A DNA stretch of 64,000 nucleotides from Alphaproteobacteria bacterium (GCA_965215635.1 CBDCEA010000004.1:214475-278474), one strand, 5' to 3'. Counted from the stretch's first letter, positions 22,509 through 32,562 are shown. Notes: generated from the sequence alone by a model not told the origin. Made by a program: numbers and translations.

Positions 22509-25500
22509 TTGCCCTGCTCCCATGATCCGCCCAGTTGCCTTGCCTTCGATCTCGAGGTCACGACAAACGACCGGCGGATACACCGCATCGGCGCAGTGAG
22601 GGCCGACACCGGCGAGCGGTTCACCCTTGCCGGACGGGAGGCTCGGACGTGGCTGGCACGCCTCGATGCGCTCGCCGAAGGCGCCTCCTTCGTCCTGGGT
22701 CACAACATCATCGCATTCGATCTTCCGATCCTTGCCGCCGCGAAGCCGGATCTCGACCTCCTCCTCCTTCCGGTAGTGGATACCCTGCGGCTCAATCCGC
22801 TCGCCTTTCCGGCCAATCCCTATCACAGGCTCGTCAAGCACTACCGGGACGGCGCGTTGCGGAGCGAGCAGCGGAACAACCCGGAGCACGATTCCGAACT
22901 TGCGCTCGAGCTTTTCCAGGATCAGCGCGAAGCTCTTTCGAAGATGCCGTCCGACCTCCTTGCGGCCTGGCACCGGCTCTGCACGACATGCGTCGAGGAA
23001 AGGGACCGGGCGCTCGACGGCATCTTTGCCCGGATACGCCAGGCGGCACGCCCCACCAGCGAAGGTGCCGTCGAGGCCATCGCCAGCCGGCTTGATGGTA
23101 CTGCCTGTATCGTGGCCGGCCGGGAGATCCTCGAGACGGTCGAGGACCATGGCTGGGAACTCGCCTATGCCCTTGCGTGGCTTCACGTGGCGGGAGGCAA
23201 TTCGGTGGTCCCTCCGTGGGTGCGCCACCAGTTTCCGGGAACGCAGGGCATCATCGAACGCCTGAGGGAAATCGCCTGCGCCCACCCGGACTGTGCCTGG
23301 TGCCGGGAACGCCACGATGCCACAAGGGAACTGAAGCGCTGGTTCGGCTTCGACGAATTCCGCCCGGAACCCACTATGGAGGACGGCCGGCCGATGCAGC
23401 AGGCCATCGTCGAAACGACGATGGCGGGCCGGCACGTTCTGGGGATTCTCCCCACCGGCACCGGAAAGTCGGTCTGTTATCAGATACCGGCGCTGTCACG
23501 CTACGACAAGGCCGGCGCTCTCACCGTCGTGATCTCTCCCCTGGTCGCGCTCATGGCCGATCAGGTGGCGGGACTGGAGGCGGCAGGCATCGGTGCCTGT
23601 GTCACCGTCAACGGCATGCTCTCCATTCCTGAACGGTCGGACGCGCTCGACCGGGTGAGGCTGGGAGATGCCGGTATTCTCCTCATAGCGCCCGAACAGC
23701 TTCGTTCACGTTCCGTGCTGAAGGTCCTGGACCAGCGCCGGATCGGCGGCTGGGTTCTGGACGAAGCCCATTGCCTGTCACGCTGGGGCCACGACTTCAG
23801 GCCCGACTATCGCTATGTGGCGCGCTACATCGGCAGGAGAGCGGGCGATGCCGCCATTCCTCCTGTGATGTGCCTGACCGCGACCGCCAAGCCCGATGTC
23901 GTCGAGGACATCGCCCGCCACTTCCGCGAAGAGGTCGGCATCGAGCTCGATATCCTCAACGGCGGTGCCGAACGCAACAATCTTCACTTCGAAGTGATTC
24001 GGACAGCCGCAGGCGAGAAATTTTCCGATATCCACTCCGTGTTGACGTCGTACCTGCCCGCGGACCGTCCCGGAGGCGCGATCGTCTACTGCGCGACACG
24101 CCGGCAGAGCGAGGACATCGCAGAATACCTGCAACTCAAGGGCATTCTGGCTGAACACTTTCATGCCGGACTTACGCCGGAGAAGAAGAAGGACGTGCAG
24201 CAGCGTTTCATCGCGGGAGGCCTCATCGCGATCGTGGCGACCAACGCCTTCGGCATGGGAATCGACAAGCCGGATGTGCGTCTCGTCATCCATGCCGACA
24301 TTCCGGGATCCCTGGAGAACTATCTCCAGGAGGCGGGTCGGGCCGGACGTGACCGCGAACCGGCGCGTTGCGTCCTGATGTACACGACCGACGACGTGGA
24401 GCGTCAGTTCGGGATGTCGGCGCGTTCGCGCCTCACCAGAAGGGAAATTCACGGCATCCTGCGGGCACTGCGCAATCTCGACCGCAGGAAGCGCCTCGAC
24501 GGCAAGGTGGTGGCAACACCCGGCGAGATCCTCATCGAGGACGACGAGGCCGCCTTCGAGCGCGACCCCGTGACCGATGATACCCGTGTCAGGACCGGCG
24601 TCGCATGGCTGGAGGAGGCGGTGCTCCTCTCCCGGGAGGAAAACGATGTCCGCGTGTTCCCGTCATCCCTGCGTATCGGGACGGTTGACGAAGCGAGAGC
24701 CATTGTCGCCAGGAGATCGGGCATCCATGAGAACCACAGGAAGTCCCTGCTCTCCATTGCGACAGCTCTCCTGGAGGCAGATCCGGACGAGGGTGTTTCC
24801 ACGGACGATCTGATGATGGTCTCGGGCCTTGGACCCGGGGGCGTGCGAAAGGCCCTCTACGATCTCGAAGTTTTGGGTATCTCCAGCAACGATACGACGC
24901 TCACCGCATTCGTCCATGTTGCCGTGGAGCGATCCTCCCGCAAGCGCCTTCAGCAGGCCGGGGAACTCGAGAGAGCGCTCATCACCTACATGCGCGAGGC
25001 TGCACCGGATCTCGGGAAGGGCGAGGCATCGACGCTTCATCTGCGCATCGCCTCACAGGCCATGCGGGACCAGGGACTCGCCGACCCGTTGCCGGAGAGA
25101 CTGTGGCGCATCGTCCACGGTATCGCCTCGGACGGCCGCGGCGAGGACAACACGGGCGGCAGTCTCGACGTAAGGAAGAGGGATGCGGAGACCGTGTCGG
25201 TCCGGCTGCGGCGCGAATGGGACAGTCTCGAGGAGACCGCGCTTCTTCGGCGGACGGCGGCGGCGCATCTTCTCGATCACCTGACCGGCTGTCTGCCGGA
25301 CGGGATCAGGGGAACTGATCTCCTCGCGGAGACCACACTCGGCGAGCTTCGGGCGGCCATCGACTCGGATCTGGTGATCAGGGCCAGGGTCAGCGACACC
25401 TCTCGGCTGCTTGACCGCTCACTCATGTGGCTGCACGAGCAGGAGGTCGTTCGCCTCAACAAGGGGCTGACGGTCTTCCGTTCCGCAATGACCATCAGGC

Positions 25501-27611
25501 TCGAGGATGGAACGCGGGGTTTCGCGGCGGTCGATTTCGAGCCCCTCCGGCTCCATTACGAGGGCAAGGTCCTGCAGATTCACATCATGGCGGAGTTTGC
25601 CCAACGCGGCCTCGAAGCCATCGGCGAGGCGCTCAATCTGGCGATGGACTATTTCTCGCTTCGCGAGAGCGACTTTTTCGAGAAGTGGCTCTCCGGACGG
25701 GACAAGGAGATTGGCAGGGAAACCACGCCCGATTCCTGGAACAGGATCGTCGAGGTCCTCGGCAATCCCGAGCAGAAGCGGATCGTTGCCGATTCCCGTG
25801 AACAGACCAATGTTCTCGTGCTCGCCGGCCCGGGGTCCGGCAAGACCCGTGTGCTGGTGCATCGCATCGCCTGGCTGGTGCGCGTGAAGCGGGAGAACCC
25901 GCGGCGCATTCTGGCTCTCGCCTATAACCGCCATGCTGCAGTGGAGATCCGTCAGCGCCTTCTCGACCTCATCGGAGACGACGCCCGCGGTGTCACCGTG
26001 TTGACCTGCCATGCCATGGCCATGCGCCTTGCCGGTGCGAGCTTCGCAGCATCGGCCGAACGGCCCGATGACGAGATGTTCAAGTCGATCCTTCGCCAGG
26101 CGGTTGCCGTGCTGAAGGGCGATGGACTCGAGCCGGAGGAGGCGGACGAGCGCAGGGAGCGTCTGCTGACCGGATTCCGGTGGATCCTGGTCGACGAGTA
26201 TCAGGACATCGGCCCGGACCAGTACGAACTCATTTCGGCCCTCGCCGGAAGGACACTTACCGATGACGACGCGAAGCTCACCATCTTCGCGGTGGGCGAT
26301 GACGATCAGAACATCTACGCCTTCAACGGTGCGTCGGTGGAGTTCATCCGGAAATTCGAGAAGGACTACGGACCAAGGCCCTTCCACCTCACTTCGAACT
26401 ACCGCTCGACAGGCCATATCGTCGAGGCGGCCAACGCGATGATCGAACCTGCCGGCGAGAGGATGAAGAGCGGACATCCCGGCGGTGTCGACCATGGACG
26501 TGCCGGGGATCCTCGGGGCGGAATCTGGCAGGGGCTCGATCCGGTATCGAAGGGACGGGTGCAGATTCTTCCCGCCGGCTGCGATCCCGTCTTCCAGGCA
26601 CGGGTCGTCATGACGGAGCTGCTGCGCCTCTCGTGTCTTCCCGGGATCTGGGACTGGTCGAGGTGCGCCGTTATCGCCCGGGAGTGGACCAATCTCGATC
26701 CCGTGCGTGCATTCTGCGAGACGCAGGATATACCGGTTCAGATGGCAAACGAGGAACCCCCCGGCTTCTGGCGGTTGCGCGAGACCGCAGCCTTCGTGGC
26801 ATGGTTGCGGGGAAAGGACCCCCGGATCGTCGATGACACCGCTCTTCGGGGATGGCAGGAGACACGGCCCGGCGGGCCCTGGTACGAACTCCTGTGTCAG
26901 GCGATCGTCGAATGGAGGCTGGAGACCGGAGGCGCAGAAACACCGGTCGACCGGTTCATCGAATGGCTTGCGGAATGGGGGAGGGACGTTCGCCGGCGCC
27001 AGCACGGTCTGCTGCTCTTGAGCGGCCATCGGGCCAAGGGGCTTGAATTCGACCATGTCGCCGTTCTCGATGGCGGCTGGGAACGCGTTGGAAGAGGCGA
27101 GGACCGGGATGCGCCAAGACGCCTCTACTACGTTGCGATGACGCGCGCCCGGCAGACATTGACTTTGGCGCGCTTCGAAGGACGCAACCGTCTCCTCGAC
27201 GACCTTGCCGACAGCCGTTCCATTCTGGTGCGCGATGCTTTCGAGCCTCACCCCGGTTCCCCGGCGCTACATCACCGCCATGTCAGGTGCTCCCTGAAGG
27301 ATGTGGATCTGGGCTTTGCCGGGCGCAACAACACGTGGAGTCCGGTGCATGAGGCGATTGCCGGCCTCGCCCCGGGTGATTCGCTCGACATGCGGGAGAA
27401 CCGGGAACTTCTGGACCGGAAAGGGCGCCTGGTAGGCCGCCTTTCCAGACACTTCCAGGCGCCCGAAGGGATGAAGTGCCGTTCCGCCGCGGTAATGGCG
27501 GTCGTCAACTGGAACCGCTCCTCGTCGGATCCGGACTACCTCGACCGGATTCGCTGCGAGACCTGGGAGACAGTCGTTCCGGAATTCGTGTTCGAACCGG
27601 AGAACGGGTAG
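22509..27611 (+). CDS. DEDD exonuclease-like + RecQ (SF2) + UvrD (SF1) fusion helicase
   Basis: FDLE / GHNIIAFD; PTGTGKSVCYQ, DEAH, ATNAFGMGIDK, QEAGRAGRD; AGPGSGKT, DEYQD, VGDDDQNIY, HRAKGLEF, RRLYYVAMTRA. Confidence 0.92.
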   Translation: MPCSHDPPSCLAFDLEVTTNDRRIHRIGAVRADTGERFTLAGREARTWLARLDALAEGASFVLGHNIIAFDLPILAAAKPDLDLLLLPVVDTLRLNPLAFPANPYHRLVKHYRDGALRSEQRNNPEHDSELALELFQDQREALSKMPSDLLAAWHRLCTTCVEERDRALDGIFARIRQAARPTSEGAVEAIASRLDGTACIVAGREILETVEDHGWELAYALAWLHVAGGNSVVPPWVRHQFPGTQGIIERLREIACAHPDCAWCRERHDATRELKRWFGFDEFRPEPTMEDGRPMQQAIVETTMAGRHVLGILPTGTGKSVCYQIPALSRYDKAGALTVVISPLVALMADQVAGLEAAGIGACVTVNGMLSIPERSDALDRVRLGDAGILLIAPEQLRSRSVLKVLDQRRIGGWVLDEAHCLSRWGHDFRPDYRYVARYIGRRAGDAAIPPVMCLTATAKPDVVEDIARHFREEVGIELDILNGGAERNNLHFEVIRTAAGEKFSDIHSVLTSYLPADRPGGAIVYCATRRQSEDIAEYLQLKGILAEHFHAGLTPEKKKDVQQRFIAGGLIAIVATNAFGMGIDKPDVRLVIHADIPGSLENYLQEAGRAGRDREPARCVLMYTTDDVERQFGMSARSRLTRREIHGILRALRNLDRRKRLDGKVVATPGEILIEDDEAAFERDPVTDDTRVRTGVAWLEEAVLLSREENDVRVFPSSLRIGTVDEARAIVARRSGIHENHRKSLLSIATALLEADPDEGVSTDDLMMVSGLGPGGVRKALYDLEVLGISSNDTTLTAFVHVAVERSSRKRLQQAGELERALITYMREAAPDLGKGEASTLHLRIASQAMRDQGLADPLPERLWRIVHGIASDGRGEDNTGGSLDVRKRDAETVSVRLRREWDSLEETALLRRTAAAHLLDHLTGCLPDGIRGTDLLAETTLGELRAAIDSDLVIRARVSDTSRLLDRSLMWLHEQEVVRLNKGLTVFRSAMTIRLEDGTRGFAAVDFEPLRLHYEGKVLQIHIMAEFAQRGLEAIGEALNLAMDYFSLRESDFFEKWLSGRDKEIGRETTPDSWNRIVEVLGNPEQKRIVADSREQTNVLVLAGPGSGKTRVLVHRIAWLVRVKRENPRRILALAYNRHAAVEIRQRLLDLIGDDARGVTVLTCHAMAMRLAGASFAASAERPDDEMFKSILRQAVAVLKGDGLEPEEADERRERLLTGFRWILVDEYQDIGPDQYELISALAGRTLTDDDAKLTIFAVGDDDQNIYAFNGASVEFIRKFEKDYGPRPFHLTSNYRSTGHIVEAANAMIEPAGERMKSGHPGGVDHGRAGDPRGGIWQGLDPVSKGRVQILPAGCDPVFQARVVMTELLRLSCLPGIWDWSRCAVIAREWTNLDPVRAFCETQDIPVQMANEEPPGFWRLRETAAFVAWLRGKDPRIVDDTALRGWQETRPGGPWYELLCQAIVEWRLETGGAETPVDRFIEWLAEWGRDVRRRQHGLLLLSGHRAKGLEFDHVAVLDGGWERVGRGEDRDAPRRLYYVAMTRARQTLTLARFEGRNRLLDDLADSRSILVRDAFEPHPGSPALHHRHVRCSLKDVDLGFAGRNNTWSPVHEAIAGLAPGDSLDMRENRELLDRKGRLVGRLSRHFQAPEGMKCRSAAVMAVVNWNRSSSDPDYLDRIRCETWETVVPEFVFEPENG

Positions 27612-27623
27612 AACTCGTCGTCG

Positions 27624-28406
27624 CTACGCGGACCTTCCAAGTCGGGCGGTCTCACCCTCGCGGGCGAGCCTGCCGGCAGGAAACGCCCGCACCAGTGCCT
27701 CTTCCCGTGAAGCCAGCTCGTCATCGAGAAGTCCCGGCAAATGGTCCGTGACAAAGAGCCTTCTGGTTCCCGCCCTTTGCGCGAGATCGACGGCCAGACG
27801 ATCGCCGACGGATCCGCCAATGCTCGTGATCAGGAGATCGGTGCCGCTTGCAAGGGTGGCAAGCGCGCCAAGATCGTCATCGCCGCCGATGGCCGCCGCC
27901 CAGGCAAGCGACCAGCCCCTGCCTTCCAACCGATAGGCAGTTCCCGGCCTCTCGCCGGCGACTGCAAGGGTGACGGCCTCGATATCCGGACCGAGACGAA
28001 ACGATTCGCCTGCCCGGAAGTCATGAAAGGCAACCTCGGCGCGGAAGATGTCGGGCGTCACGGGAAACACTGGATCGGACATCAGCCTCGCGAGTTCCGT
28101 TTTGACGGTGCCGGTACCGCTATGCAGCGTGAACCTGTTTTCGGGAGAAAAGGCCGCGGCGAAGAAGGGAAGCCCGATTGTCCTGAAGACGGTGGGGCTG
28201 CTGAACAGGATGTCGCCTTCAATGGCACCTCGCGTCATCAGCGAGAGCCCGAGGTCACGCAATCCCGAACCGGCATCGAGGATCAGGGTCCGGTCGCCGC
28301 ATGCAACCTCTATGCATGACGAATTGCCGCCGAACCGGGTGGTTTCGGGGCCGGGAGAGGGCGCCGAACGCACTCCCCGGAACGTCACCAGGGCCTGCTG
28401 AACCAT
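27624..28406 (-). CDS. MBL-fold protein lacking the metal-binding motif (probable pseudo-enzyme)
   Basis: FRGVRS.PSPGPETTRFGGNSSCIEV, LILDAGSG and GLPFF are retained; HxHxDH is replaced by SPTVFRT. Confidence 0.75.
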   Translation of the reverse strand: MVQQALVTFRGVRSAPSPGPETTRFGGNSSCIEVACGDRTLILDAGSGLRDLGLSLMTRGAIEGDILFSSPTVFRTIGLPFFAAAFSPENRFTLHSGTGTVKTELARLMSDPVFPVTPDIFRAEVAFHDFRAGESFRLGPDIEAVTLAVAGERPGTAYRLEGRGWSLAWAAAIGGDDDLGALATLASGTDLLITSIGGSVGDRLAVDLAQRAGTRRLFVTDHLPGLLDDELASREEALVRAFPAGRLAREGETARLGRSA

Positions 28407-28412
28407 CAGGGA

Positions 28413-28931
28413 TTAGGTTTCAGTGAGCGCTGCGATGACGTCGTTGACGATTTCTTCGGCACGGCCATGTATTTCGGTTTCGTTCAAGGGTTGAATCGGA
28501 TGGCGCACATACACCACCGCCGGGTCGAATCCGTGAAGGACACGCCACGAGTCGACACCGGTCTGGAACTCGCCGGAAATCAGCGCCACCGCGGGAATGC
28601 CCCTTTGATCAATGTCCAGCATGTCCTGCAGACTGCACGACGTACAGGAACCTCAATCGGCGAGACCTTCGACGACGGCGTCACAATCGGCTGCGACCCG
28701 GTCGAGGACCTCCGGCGGTGCGTGCTTCGTGAAGGTTGGCTTGGCATACCGGCCTACCCGGATTCCGCGTTCGCCGAACAGTTCCTCAAGGCGGTCGAGA
28801 AGCTTGTCGCCCTGGCGCTTGCGAATGTCGAGGAGGCCGACGGTCAAGCCTTCCAGCGAAGGGTGTCCGGCAACGCGTTGTCGCGCCGGGGCCGCTTCCC
28901 CTGCCGTGGGGTCGAGAAGGATCGTGGTCAT
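28413..28931 (-). CDS. UGSC-family selenoprotein (Sec at TGA 28655-28653)
   Basis: In-frame readthrough ...EGLAD-TGA-GSCTSCSLQDMLD.. joins the 92-aa and 69-aa ORFs; hairpin follows the TGA. Confidence 0.88.
28622..28652 (-). promoter_or_regulatory. Putative bacterial SECIS element
   Basis: Downstream of UGA: GUC-G-UGCA-GUC-UGCA-G-GAC stem-loop with an apical GU about 19 nt after the UGA. Confidence 0.6.
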
Positions 28932-30352
28932 GACATCACCTCTCTTGTGACGGGCTGGCTGCCACTCGGGCCGCTGCCCCAGCCCTGGATGATAGTGGAA
29001 AAGAGTCCGGCATTGCTACCGGCACGGGTGACGAGAAGATCACCCGGTGCGAACCTTGCAAAGAGACCTCCGGTACCGGAGGTGCCGGTCGGGGAATGGA
29101 CGGGAAGTACCCTTGGCATTTTCGTTGCCTCGTGAATCGCACCCTCGATTCTCGGCCTCGACCAACCCGATTCCCGGAAGGTCCGCCAGAACTCGCCGCC
29201 GATCATCAGCATCGCCCCCACGCCGCCGCCGGTGGAGCGCGGGTGAATGATGCCATTGAGCGACAGTGCGAGGCTTTCGACGAGCTCATCGGGCGTGCGC
29301 GCGGTTTGATCGCTCATGATGTGGGTCCCGCAAAACCCGAAGACCGTGACCGCCGAGCGCCCTTCGCCGATTCCCCTGGAGTCGGCAAGCGACCGCCATG
29401 CCGGATCGCTCTCGTCCTCGGCAAAGCAAAGCCCATGCTTGCCCGGATGGCCCTGTGTCGAGCGGTCGACGCCACCCGGCCGCGCGCCACCGATATTCAT
29501 GGCGATCAGGAGAAGTGCCCGGGCGATGGTCGCGTTGGCGCGGTTGCCGTGACCGAGAACATTGAACCCGCTGTTGATGCCGATCCGCCGGGCCACCGGA
29601 CCGTTGACGACGACGCACACGCCGGCTCCCATGGTGGTGGAGAGGAGGCCCTGCCAGGCGAAATCCGGATCGAGCGCCGCATCGAGTGCGGCCAGCACAA
29701 CCGGTAGGTATTCGGGACGGCATCCGGCCATGACGGCATTGATGGCCGCCTTTTCCACCGTGCAGGCCGCACCCGAGGGCGGGATCAGTCCCAGGACATG
29801 GTCGTTCGCCAGTCTGCTTGCCTGGAGCATGCGCAGGACGCGTGCCGGCGTCGGGGGGACCACCGGAAGACCGTCGGTCCAGCCCCGCTCGAACATCACC
29901 TCGAACGGGTCTTCGGGAAACGGGGCGGGCACGGTCGCCGATCCAAGACCCGTGTCGCCATGGCGCGCCAGCAGTTCCTCTGCCCAGCCTTCCTCAGCAG
30001 AAAGCGATCCGCATCCGGGGCGTTCGGCCGGGAGTTCCGAACCGAGATCACGGATCCCGGCAAGGCTACGCCACTCCTCCTTCGCCCAGCCGTTCGCCCT
30101 GCCGGTTTCACGACCTGCCGCAAAACGGACCAGTGTCGGAACGATGGTAATTCCCAGGTGGAAAGATGCCTCGAGGTCTCGGTCGTCGGTGACACGGACC
30201 CGAGCGGGAAAGTCCGGATTGTCCTGCGAATAGACGGCAACCACGAGGCCGCGTTCCTCGAGTTCGGCTGCAACCGGCGCGATCAGCCGACAGGTCGGAC
30301 AGTCCTCCTTTACCACCAGGACGAGACCGTCATCGGGAAGTTTCTTCGACAT
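28928..30352 (-). CDS. Thioredoxin-fold (CPTC) fusion protein of the UGSC-partner family
   Basis: VKEDCPTC, PGCGS, GWTDGLPVVPPT, AINAVMAGC.PEYLPVV, NRANATI.RA; stop overlaps the UGSC start. Confidence 0.8.
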   Translation of the reverse strand: MSKKLPDDGLVLVVKEDCPTCRLIAPVAAELEERGLVVAVYSQDNPDFPARVRVTDDRDLEASFHLGITIVPTLVRFAAGRETGRANGWAKEEWRSLAGIRDLGSELPAERPGCGSLSAEEGWAEELLARHGDTGLGSATVPAPFPEDPFEVMFERGWTDGLPVVPPTPARVLRMLQASRLANDHVLGLIPPSGAACTVEKAAINAVMAGCRPEYLPVVLAALDAALDPDFAWQGLLSTTMGAGVCVVVNGPVARRIGINSGFNVLGHGNRANATIARALLLIAMNIGGARPGGVDRSTQGHPGKHGLCFAEDESDPAWRSLADSRGIGEGRSAVTVFGFCGTHIMSDQTARTPDELVESLALSLNGIIHPRSTGGGVGAMLMIGGEFWRTFRESGWSRPRIEGAIHEATKMPRVLPVHSPTGTSGTGGLFARFAPGDLLVTRAGSNAGLFSTIIQGWGSGPSGSQPVTREVMS

Positions 30353-30414
30353 GGCTTTTCCAATCGGCGATTGGTGCTACGATTTGTCGCCTCCAACGCG
30401 CAAGGAACTCTACC

Positions 30415-30765
30415 ATGGCCGACATCCAACGCCTGCAACCTGGCGAACTCTACAGCGGCGCCGTCATACACGGCGATACGGTCTGGCTTTCCGGAAAGGT
30501 CGCCTCGGACACATCCGGCGGCATCCAGGACCAGACCCGGGACGTCCTGGGCCAGATCGATGCCACTCTGGAAGCCTGCGGCACGTCGAAATCGAGACTC
30601 CTGTCCGTGCAGATCTGGCTCACCGACATTGCCGACTGGCCCGCAATGAACGATGTCTACACGGCCTGGGTCGATCCCGACAACAAGCCCTGCCGCGCCA
30701 CGGTGGAAGCGGCCTTGGCGAAACCCGAGTTCCTGGTGGAGATCATGTGCGTGGCAGCCCGCTAG
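30415..30765 (+). CDS. RidA/YjgF family protein
   Basis: VWLSGKVA, MNDVYTAWVD, PCRATVEA.LA.P..LVEI. Confidence 0.9.
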   Translation: MADIQRLQPGELYSGAVIHGDTVWLSGKVASDTSGGIQDQTRDVLGQIDATLEACGTSKSRLLSVQIWLTDIADWPAMNDVYTAWVDPDNKPCRATVEAALAKPEFLVEIMCVAAR

Positions 30766-30766
30766 A

Positions 30767-31504
30767 TCAGCGGCAGGCCGTCGAGCCGCCATCCACGGCG
30801 AGCAGTGCGCCTGTCATGAACTTCTGGCCGGGGTCGGCAAGAAAGCAGATGGCCTCGCCGATCTCTTCCGGCAGCGCAATCCTCTTCATCGGGGAGGATT
30901 CCTCTATTCTCCTGATGGCCTCGGGATCGTCGCCGGCACCGAGCATGTCGGTCATGACCGACCCGGGACAGACCGCGTTCACCCGGATATCGGGCGCGAG
31001 ATCATGGGCAAAGGCGCGCGTCATGTTCACGACCGCGCCCTTCGAGGTGCAGTAGAGCGCGCATTCGCTGTTGCCCGAAAGTCCGGACTCCGAAGCGGTC
31101 ATGACGATCGCACCCCTGTTGCGGCGCAACTCCGGTATCGCCGCCTGGCTGCAGAAGAAGCAGCCCTTGACGTTGATGTCCATCAGCCACGTGAAAGTCT
31201 CGTCGCTCACCTCCTCGATCGGCCCACCGGCATAGACACCCGCATTGTTGACCAGGATATCGAGCCCGCCCAGGCCGCGAACCGCCGCCTCGACAACCCT
31301 GTGACAGGTGGACGCACTGCCGAGACAGCCTGGTGCGGCAACGAGTCGCTCTCCACCGAGATGCGTGATGGTTGCGGCGACCTCATCGGCCTTGCGGCCG
31401 TTGATGGCCACTCGGGCGCCGCGCTCGAGGAAACAGCGGGCTGCGGCCAGTCCAATTCCCCTCGTCGATCCGGTGATGAGAACACGCTTCGCCTCGAAAC
31501 TCAT
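30767..31504 (-). CDS. Short-chain dehydrogenase/reductase
   Basis: TGSTRGIG, NNAG, YCTSK, RVNAVCPG. Confidence 0.92.
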   Translation of the reverse strand: MSFEAKRVLITGSTRGIGLAAARCFLERGARVAINGRKADEVAATITHLGGERLVAAPGCLGSASTCHRVVEAAVRGLGGLDILVNNAGVYAGGPIEEVSDETFTWLMDINVKGCFFCSQAAIPELRRNRGAIVMTASESGLSGNSECALYCTSKGAVVNMTRAFAHDLAPDIRVNAVCPGSVMTDMLGAGDDPEAIRRIEESSPMKRIALPEEIGEAICFLADPGQKFMTGALLAVDGGSTACR

Positions 31505-32058
31505 GACGCTCCCTCCAGTTGTTGCCGGTAGTCATCGAGTTCGTGAATGTACCAGTCCGCATTCTCGCGGATGCCGATTATTTCATCGGCGGAAAGATCG
31601 CGCAGCTTCCTGGCCGGAATGCCGCCCCACAGTTCACCCGACTTCACCACCTTGTTGGGCGCCACCAGCGCCCCCGCGGCGACCTGGCTGTGACGCTCGA
31701 GAACGGCGCCATCGAGCACGATGGCACCGGAACCCACCAGGGTCTCGTCCTCCAACGTGCAGGCGTGCAGGTGAACCGCGTGACCAAGCGTGACATTGGC
31801 TCCGATGATGGTCGGCTGTTCGGTGGAGACGTGGATGACGCACCCATCCTGGACATTGGTTCCCGGTCCGATGCGGACCGGACCGTCGTCGCCGCGGATC
31901 ACGGCGTTGAACCAGGCGCTCGACAGGGCCTCCATCACGACATCGCCGATGATGGCCGCTCCCGGAAGGACTAGGGCACTTTCGTCTATCCTCGGCCACG
32001 CGCTCCTGTAAGGCATCACGATGGCGCGTTCGAAAACAGAGCGTCTGTACTGGTGCAT
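31501..32058 (-). CDS. Gamma carbonic anhydrase family protein (start uncertain, 32016-32067)
   Basis: IRGD..PVRIG.GTNVQDGCVIH, TLGHAVHLHAC hexapeptide repeats. Confidence 0.88.
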   Translation of the reverse strand: MHQYRRSVFERAIVMPYRSAWPRIDESALVLPGAAIIGDVVMEALSSAWFNAVIRGDDGPVRIGPGTNVQDGCVIHVSTEQPTIIGANVTLGHAVHLHACTLEDETLVGSGAIVLDGAVLERHSQVAAGALVAPNKVVKSGELWGGIPARKLRDLSADEIIGIRENADWYIHELDDYRQQLEGAS

Positions 32059-32182
32059 GGCTGACATTCGCCTGAAAGATTGTCCAAGTCTACTGCGTGT
32101 GCCTGGGCGGCAACAGGCGCTCACATTGCTGCGCCCCGGATTGTGGCGCAGTATCGCCGTGCGGCACCCATGGGATGCGATC

Positions 32183-32449
32183 GTGGCTGAAGATACCTGG
32201 AAGCAGCACTTCCTGCGGCGCGGCACGCTTGTTCGCCTTGCCGGAGCGTCCGGGCTGGTGGGTTTGGTGATGCACTGGACCGGCTGGACACCGCTTCGGC
32301 TGATCGAATCCCTTGTCACCAACTTCTCCGAGACAGTGGCGGCCGCGATCGAATTCGTCGTCTGGCTTCTGGGAATCGGCCTCATGGGCGCCGTGGTGGT
32401 GGTACCGGCCTGGATCGTTCTCCATGTCTTCAGACGCGCCCGGAAATAA
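32183..32449 (+). CDS. Small membrane protein (DUF6460-like)
   Basis: TLVRL..S.LVG.V....G.TP and LMGAVVVVPAW pattern; two to three hydrophobic helices. Confidence 0.55.
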   Translation: MAEDTWKQHFLRRGTLVRLAGASGLVGLVMHWTGWTPLRLIESLVTNFSETVAAAIEFVVWLLGIGLMGAVVVVPAWIVLHVFRRARK

Positions 32450-32487
32450 AGACGGCGCGGTGGTGAACCGCCAAACAGGTCGCATGG

Positions 32488-32562
32488 TGGTGGGCGCGGC
32501 TGGGTTTGAACCAGCGACCCCTGCCGTGTGAAGACAGTGCTCTTCCGCTGAGCTACGCGCCC
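32488..32562 (-). tRNA. tRNA-Val (anticodon CAC)
   Basis: GGGCGCGTAGCTCAGCGGAAGAGCA CTGTC-TTCACAC-GGCAG GGGTCGCTGGTTCAAACCCAGCCGCGCCCACCA; cloverleaf with encoded CCA. Confidence 0.97.

Noticed and set aside
32488-32562. tRNA-Val as an integration site
   Set aside because: I saw no duplicated tRNA 3' end or adjacent integrase, and the Fic remnant lies on the tRNA's 5' side
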